Part shown: positions 58,218 through 64,000 of the stretch, piece by piece
Position numbering within the stretch: the first letter of the stretch is position 1
Layout of the letters: each line of letters starts with the position of its first letter
Assembly: GCA_963841825.1 (NCBI GenBank)
Contig: CAWJEL010000034.1
Coordinates: forward strand, 374-64,373
Reading direction: 5' to 3'
Length of the DNA stretch: 64,000 nt
Origin: an uncultured Chloroflexia bacterium
Lineage (GTDB): Bacteria > Chloroflexota > Anaerolineae > CG2-30-64-16
Position numbers and translations under genes: made by a program
The notes under the pieces: model-generated
Database searches by the model: none
What the model was told of the DNA's origin: nothing
What the model saw: the letters and a program-made list of their open reading frames with translations, nothing else

Positions 58218-59321
58218 CTATCGAAACATCAGTCTCGCGTATCGAATCCCCTGCCCTGCCGGCTGCACGCACCAGAGGACCATAAGCAGAGTATTGTCGG
58301 GTAACAACACCACGGCTGGCTCGCCGAACGAAAAGTCCGTCCACGCGGTGTGTTCGCCCGAGCTTCCGCCCTGTGTGCGCGTCTGCGCGCGCCAGGCGAT
58401 CTCGTTTGACTCGACACCGAAATCGCGCTCTGTGGGTCTCACCACCGCGACCCACACGCCTGGCTCATCATGCTTGCGCTGGTTGTAGATGAACAAGGCG
58501 CGGCCGTCGGGCAGCGCGGTGAGGCTCGTCGATTGCCCCATGATGCCGGTCGAACGGGTTGGCTGCCACGTGTCGCCACTGTCGAGCGAAATGGCGTAGG
58601 CGTTCGGGTGGTCCGATCCATCCTGCTGGTTGAGATGCCATGTCGTGCCGAGCAAGCGGCCGTCAGCGAGTTCGATCACCCACGCTTCGGCGCCGGTCGA
58701 GTGTTCGCTATCGAAGCGGATCATGGCGTTGTACTGCCAGGTTTTGCCCTGGTCATCGCTGCGCAGAGCGACGATCTGGTTGCGATCGACGACGAGCTGC
58801 GGGTCGAATGTGTTATACGGCGCGTAACAGCAGATCATACGACCTGAGCGCATGGCTGTCAGCGCGCCGGGGGCTTCGGCGGCGCCCGGGATCGGCATCG
58901 GGATAACCTCCGGCTCGACCCACGTCCTGCCGCTGTCGGTGGAACGGGACCAAATCAGTTCGTTGGCCTTCAACCCTTGCGTCGCATCCGACCAGAACGT
59001 CTCGCCCGGCGTTTCGATGGGGTAGCGCGATCCGAAGTAGAACAGGCCCCCATCGGGCGCACGGCTGATGGAACCGAAGATCGAGTAGCGGTCCTGGAGG
59101 TGCGGCCAGAGCAACTGCCCCTCTGACCAGGTCTGGCCGCCATCCCTCGAGCGCGCAAGCATCGGCTTGAAATCGTTGATGCCGAGCTTCGACTGCACCA
59201 TGAAGGAGCAGACGACGTCACCCTCGTTCGTAACCGCGCACCGTGGCCCGGCCGCGATAGCGGTAGGTGTCCCCGGCTGACGCTGTGTAACCCAACCTTC
59301 GGAGATCGTTTCAAACGTCAT
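58218..59321 (-). CDS. BNR/Asp-box beta-propeller (sialidase-like), no signal peptide
   Basis: The start MTFETISEG lies 7 nt after GGAGG. Asp-boxes are SRDGGQTW, STDSGRTW, SDDQGKTW and SLDSGDTW. Confidence 0.8.
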   Translation of the reverse strand: MTFETISEGWVTQRQPGTPTAIAAGPRCAVTNEGDVVCSFMVQSKLGINDFKPMLARSRDGGQTWSEGQLLWPHLQDRYSIFGSISRAPDGGLFYFGSRYPIETPGETFWSDATQGLKANELIWSRSTDSGRTWVEPEVIPMPIPGAAEAPGALTAMRSGRMICCYAPYNTFDPQLVVDRNQIVALRSDDQGKTWQYNAMIRFDSEHSTGAEAWVIELADGRLLGTTWHLNQQDGSDHPNAYAISLDSGDTWQPTRSTGIMGQSTSLTALPDGRALFIYNQRKHDEPGVWVAVVRPTERDFGVESNEIAWRAQTRTQGGSSGEHTAWTDFSFGEPAVVLLPDNTLLMVLWCVQPAGQGIRYARLMFR

Positions 59322-59505
59322 GATTTTGCCTCCATCAAGCATCACCGCTTCACGCCCAGGGTCATTCAATTCTCCACTATAGTCATGCTGAGTGCTGCCA
59401 AGCCGCACGGCAGCATGCGGGTAGTCAAAAGAAGTGCCGCTTGTCATGTTGAGTATAGCCATGGCATCCGCTTGGCGTCATGCGGGTAGGCCAAGAAGCA
59501 CAGCT

Positions 59506-59712
59506 TGTCATTCTGAGCGGGTTAACCACCCAACACTCGTTACGGTCAGACATCAGCGAAGAATCTCGTGCTGGTACTTCATGAGCAGCGAGTTTGCGAC
59601 GCAATCCGCGTTGCAGCAAAACGCCAGCGAAGCATCTCGCGCACCGGAACGAGACCCTTCGCTATTTATTTGGCGTATCAACGTCTCTTCGTTGAACTCG
59701 CTCAGGGTGACA
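59506..59712. repeat. MITE-like element family 1 (copy D, internal duplication)
   Basis: TGTCATTCTGAGCGGGTTAAC ... CTCAGGGTGACA, with two CAGCGAAGMATCTCG cores. Confidence 0.75.
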
Positions 59713-59738
59713 ATCTCTGAGAATTGAATGACCCTGCT

Positions 59739-60452
59739 TCACGCCAATTCAATACCCGGAAAACCGGGGTATACTATCCGCACTTCGTCCAGATACACGT
59801 ATCCTTCGGGAAGGCGCGAGCGCCAGACCGGATAGTCCTTCTCCGGTCGCAGGCGGTGGGGATCGCCCTCAAGCGGGCCCATCGGCGCGACGTCGAGCGG
59901 ATGCAGCACCAGCAGAATGTCGGTGTTCACGTCGCGCAGCACGTCCACCAGCGGGATCTCCCCGTAGAAGTCCGTCCGGTCGTGCCGCGATCCCAGGCAG
60001 GTCCACTGCGCCGGATCGGGGACGGCGGTGACGGTCTGCTCGCTCCAGTCGGGCGTCACGCGAAACGGCTGGCCGGTGAGCAACCAGCCGGAGCAGAGTC
60101 CGCCCTGCACAGCCTGACACAAAAGTAGAAGTTGCGCGTCCCTGGCCTCCACTTCGCCCCGAAGGCGCAGCGTGATGCGAGCATCGATGAAGTCGGTGGG
60201 GAAGCCGCCCCGGACGAAACGGTTCTCCCCTTCCACCTCGCGCTGATGCTCGCCGGGCTTGCCGCGGGTATTCAGCATGTACAGCAGATGCAGATACCCC
60301 GCGCCGGGCGGGGCGTGGTTGTAGTCGATCCACCACGGGCTGCGGCTGAGCGCGCAGCCGTCCCGGATCTCCAGCGGTTTGGGGCCGGCTGAATTGCTGA
60401 GCCAGCCATACCAGCCGCCCGGTCCGTCATCGAAGGTTTCAACGTATCGCAT
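59739..60452 (-). CDS. Hypothetical protein (no motif recognised)
   Basis: 237-aa ORF with high third-codon GC, wedged between two BNR propeller genes. The N-terminus is MRYVETFDDGPGGWYGW. Confidence 0.6.
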   Translation of the reverse strand: MRYVETFDDGPGGWYGWLSNSAGPKPLEIRDGCALSRSPWWIDYNHAPPGAGYLHLLYMLNTRGKPGEHQREVEGENRFVRGGFPTDFIDARITLRLRGEVEARDAQLLLLCQAVQGGLCSGWLLTGQPFRVTPDWSEQTVTAVPDPAQWTCLGSRHDRTDFYGEIPLVDVLRDVNTDILLVLHPLDVAPMGPLEGDPHRLRPEKDYPVWRSRLPEGYVYLDEVRIVYPGFPGIELA

Positions 60453-60504
60453 AGCGCAACTCCTCTGGAAACTGTGTGTCCTGGCGCCGAGGCCGCGCGT
60501 CCCC

Positions 60505-61620
60505 TCAACCGACCGACAGCTTGTACCACCGGATGACGGATACGCAGTCCTCGTAGCACCAGAAGGCTACGAAGATCGTGCCGTCGGTAAGACGAACCAC
60601 GCAGGGCGCGCCGAAACGCAGCACCTGGAAGTTCTGCACCATGTTGCTGGAATCGCCGGTCAAGCCTTGGGCTGCCGCGCCCCAGATCGGTGTCTCGTCA
60701 TCGTTGACCCACCGATCCCCCTCCAGGTGCGACAGGTTGGCCCATAACCCTGGCCGATCGATGCGGCGGTAGATAAGGAGCACGCGACCATCGTCCAGGA
60801 CATAGGGAGTCGGCGTCTGTCCTCGCAGGCCGGTGGACTGCGGGGCCGACCAGCTATTGCCACCATCCGCGCTGAGCGCGTAGTGGTTCGGCAGATCAGA
60901 CCCGGCAACCTGGTCGTAGACCCATGCCACCGCCAACAGCCGTCCGTCGGGCAGCTCGCAGATCTTGGATTCCCAATAGATGATCTTTTGCTCCGAGTCC
61001 CACATTACATCTCGATACTCGGGCCAACTTTGCCCACCATCTCGCGAGATGAAGGCCACCATCTTTGTGCCGTTAGGACAATCGCCATCCCAACTCCGCC
61101 AGGTGGAGGTGGGCAGGAACCAACGGCCATCGCGCAGCGGGAGGATCGGGCAGCACAGCTCAAAGGATGGGCCCACCAGCGGTGGGGCCAGTGGCTCGGG
61201 TGATCCCCACGTGTGACCCGCATCCGCCGACCAGAGGAGCAGGGTTTCGGTGGGCACGAAGCCCATGTTTTCCGGGTTGGCCAGGCCCTCGTCGGGGTGG
61301 GCGGTGCGGTCGGAGCGCACCATGAACGCCACGACGCCGCCGTCGGGCAGCGCCGTGAGACGGGCCGCGTCCGAGGTGAGCCGATCCGTCGTGCCGGGGT
61401 AAATCGGCCCCTGGAGATGCCACGACTGCCCGAGGTCCGTGGAACGGGCCAGGTAAGTATGGCAGTTGGCCGACTCGAACGCCTCGCCCAGCACCAGCGA
61501 GCAGAGCAGTTCGCCGTTTGCAAGCTGCACAACTGAGGGGAAGTAGGCATGGATGGCGTGGACATGCGGTTTCGGGTTTCGGTAGATCAAACCCGTTCCA
61601 AGAACAGCAATCTCAGACAT
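60505..61620 (-). CDS. BNR/Asp-box beta-propeller (sialidase-like), no signal peptide
   Basis: 371 aa with Asp-boxes STDLGQSW, SADAGHTW, SRDGGQSW and SADGGNSW. Confidence 0.85.
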   Translation of the reverse strand: MSEIAVLGTGLIYRNPKPHVHAIHAYFPSVVQLANGELLCSLVLGEAFESANCHTYLARSTDLGQSWHLQGPIYPGTTDRLTSDAARLTALPDGGVVAFMVRSDRTAHPDEGLANPENMGFVPTETLLLWSADAGHTWGSPEPLAPPLVGPSFELCCPILPLRDGRWFLPTSTWRSWDGDCPNGTKMVAFISRDGGQSWPEYRDVMWDSEQKIIYWESKICELPDGRLLAVAWVYDQVAGSDLPNHYALSADGGNSWSAPQSTGLRGQTPTPYVLDDGRVLLIYRRIDRPGLWANLSHLEGDRWVNDDETPIWGAAAQGLTGDSSNMVQNFQVLRFGAPCVVRLTDGTIFVAFWCYEDCVSVIRWYKLSVG

Positions 61621-61631
61621 GGGAGCTCCTT

Positions 61632-64000
61632 CTATGCGTAGGACACACTGACCTTATGCACCCGCGGCGTGCGAGCCGCGTTGATGGCCCCGAGGGCCAG
61701 CCGATATTGAATCCAGGGACCGCTGAACCGGTCTGTAGACGTGCGATCACCGTTCTCGAACCAGCTCCCGGCAACCAGCGCGCCCTGCCACGGCGCCGCG
61801 GCAAGGGCGTCCTCGCTCGCGGCCGAGCGTAACTGCGCCCGCACCCAGGTTTTGGCTGGCACGTCGGCCAGCCAAGCGATCCGCGTGACCCGGCTGCCTT
61901 CCGGCAGCACGTGGGGGGGCGATAAGTAGTATTCAGCGTCGCCGCCGTCAGAGGTGTTGCGCGGTTCTACCGAGATCATCCCGTGCGGTCCGAACGTGGG
62001 GAGTCTGGTCACCCGCCTCTCGTCAAACCCGTCGGGTCCGTTCCACCACACGGTCGAGTAGCCCACATGGTCACCCCAAACCTTGTGATACGCGATCGCC
62101 AGATCCACCCAACCATCTTCGTTGAAGTCCGCGGCCACAACGCCCGAAGCCGAATGGGTTAAGAGGCAGGTGCGGTCCGTCGCCGAGAACCCGCGACCGG
62201 CCCGGTTCCAGTAGATGTATGAAGCGATGTCGCGCTCCTTGGTCCCGTGGTAAGAACCTACAAAGAGATCGAGCTGGCCGTCGTTGTCAAAGTCGGCCAA
62301 CGTCATGGCGTTGACGGCATTGGCCGGCAGCAGCGCGCGATTGTCTTCGCGCAAGCCGTCGGGCCCGTTCCAATAGATGTACACGAAGGAGTCGTGCGGG
62401 CCGTCCAGCGAAGGCTGATGGCCGCCGATCAGAAGATCGAGATAGCCATTCCCAGTGAGATCGGCCGTGCGAGCACAACAGGCATGCCGCACCGAAAGGA
62501 GCTGGCATCGGTCCAGGCTGAAACCATCAGGTCCGCCCCACAGGATCAGGCTCCGATCCGAGACGATGTCCGGGATAAACAGGTCCAGCCAGCCGTTGTT
62601 GTTCAGGTCGGCCACGTGCAGCGTGCGCGGCTCCGAAAGCAAATGCCCATCCCGAAGGTCCAGGCGAATGCGGACTGGAGCGACGGCCGCGAGTCCGTCA
62701 GGGCCGCCGTAGAAAATCAACAGTTCTGGGTTCATGAAACCACAGAAGACCAGGTCCAGGTAGCCGTCCTGGTCGAGGTCCGCACAGGCCACGCTCATGG
62801 ACCTCGCCGTCGGCAGGATCCAGTCCGGCTTGTCCCGCAATCCGCGCTGGCCCGTTGAGATAGATGTACGAGCCCGGATCGCGCCAGACCGAGTTCTCAG
62901 AGGCGTTGGCCACGACGAGATCAGCGTATCCGTTGTCGTTGAGATCGCAATAGAGCGCATCGACTGCCCCCCAGGCCGGCGGGCTCCAGCAGCGCTCTGG
63001 GGTGAAGCCGTCGGGACCGCCGAGGTAGATGGTTACGGGCAGGTTGCCCAGGCGGACACGGCTGGCCGCGTTGACGAAGACGATGTGGGGCTGTTTGCCC
63101 GGGCCCGGACGCACCACCAATATCCGGCGCGCGTCGTGCGTGACAGGCCGCGCCGCCTCCGTGATATACCTTCCCGGCGGCACGCGACACACCAGCGAGT
63201 GGGTGGTGTACGACTCGGCGTCGTGGTGCTGGCACAGGAGGATCTTCATCCCGGCCATTGCCATCGAGGTCGACAAGGGCGACATCGCACGCGCGCTGGC
63301 TGGGGAGCCGCGTGCGGCTTGCCTCGCTGAACCCATCCGGGCCGCCCCAGTAAACCCAAGAGCACTCGCCGTCGTATGCCCCGCCGTTCTTCTGGGCATC
63401 GCCCTCCGGCTGCCGGCAGGCCAGGACGAGATCCGGATACCCGTCCCCGTCGGCGTCGCCGGCCGCGGCCGAGAGCGGGCGATGGACGGCGAAGATGATG
63501 GGTGAGTCGAAGGCCCGGCTGCGAAGCACCGGCACCAGGCAGGCCGCCTCGCTGCGGGCCACGAACAGATGCGGTGTTCTGCCGAGCTGCAGCACCTTCA
63601 CGAGCGGCCGTGCGTCCTCCATCGGCTCCTCAAAGGTGAGGTACGAGGTCTCGGACGTGGTTTTTGGCCCCGACGGGGACTCCTCCGCCGCGATGGGAAC
63701 CACCGATGCCGTGCCCGGCGTGATACCCGCCGGCCCACCCCAGTAAACGATCACTTGCCCGTCCGGCTGCCGCACCACCAGGTCGGCATAGCCGTCACCG
63801 TCCAGGTCGTGCGCCGCCAAATCCTCGCCCGCGATCTCCAGGTCGATGAATCCCTTGGGCTCAAAGGCCGGGAGGGTCTGATAGAAGACAGCGGCACCTT
63901 GCCGGCGCACAGGAACGCCAGGTCGGGCCGTCCATCGCCATCAAAATCGCCGGCTGCGACCGCACTACACTGGGGGGCGGGCAGGAGCTGTCGCCGCGTC
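61632..64000 (-). pseudogene. FG-GAP/VCBS repeat protein, 5' end outside window, at least 3 frame breaks (about 62830, about 63250, 63897-63898)
   Basis: Repeated DxDxDG motifs (DFDGDGRPDLAF, DLDGDGYADLVV, DADGDGYPDLVL, DLNDNGYADLVV, DLDQDGYLDLVF, DFDNDGQLDLFV, DFNEDGWVDLAI) are spread over three frames. Confidence 0.75.

Overview
GC-rich bacterial chromosomal segment in two parts. (1) 1-6003 is the right-hand portion of an integrated mobile element or prophage remnant. It carries a tyrosine integrase, an HNH endonuclease, divergent XRE-type regulators around a 144-bp AT-rich switch region, and a Thr/Pro-repeat Excalibur-domain secreted protein. It ends at a 3' fragment of a tRNA-Pro(CGG)-like gene that keeps its own terminator. 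The left end lies outside the window. (2) 6173-64000 is a dense, mostly minus-strand catabolic supercluster built from repeated enzyme families: 7 clear URO-D-like proteins plus one divergent relative, 6 amidohydrolase_2-type TIM-barrel proteins, 4 BNR/Asp-box (sialidase-like) propellers without signal peptides, 2 non-pyrrolysine MttB-family homologues, 3 DeoR regulators, 2 DegT-type and 2 class-III aminotransferases, and 2 Gfo/Idh/MocA oxidoreductases. It also encodes an AraA-like isomerase, an FGGY kinase, a PIG-L deacetylase, a NagB-like deaminase, HpcH-type and DHDPS/NanA-type aldolases, a CoA-transferase, a HisD-like dehydrogenase, an ABC importer (family-5 binding protein, two permeases, no ATPase genes) and an MFS transporter. 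I read it as an uncharacterised amino-sugar or acidic-sugar degradation island. The roles of the URO-D-like, amidohydrolase and MttB-like members are unknown, and they are the main novelty candidate. Intergenic spacers carry several families of small inverted-repeat (MITE-like) elements and 7-, 8- and 16-bp tandem arrays placed directly upstream of ribosome-binding sites. By my count 23 reading-frame breaks interrupt otherwise well-conserved genes. Most of those I localised to the base sit in short homopolymer runs, so assembly indel error is the leading explanation. I saw no rRNA, CRISPR array or complete tRNA. All family assignments rest on motifs recognised by eye, not on database searches.
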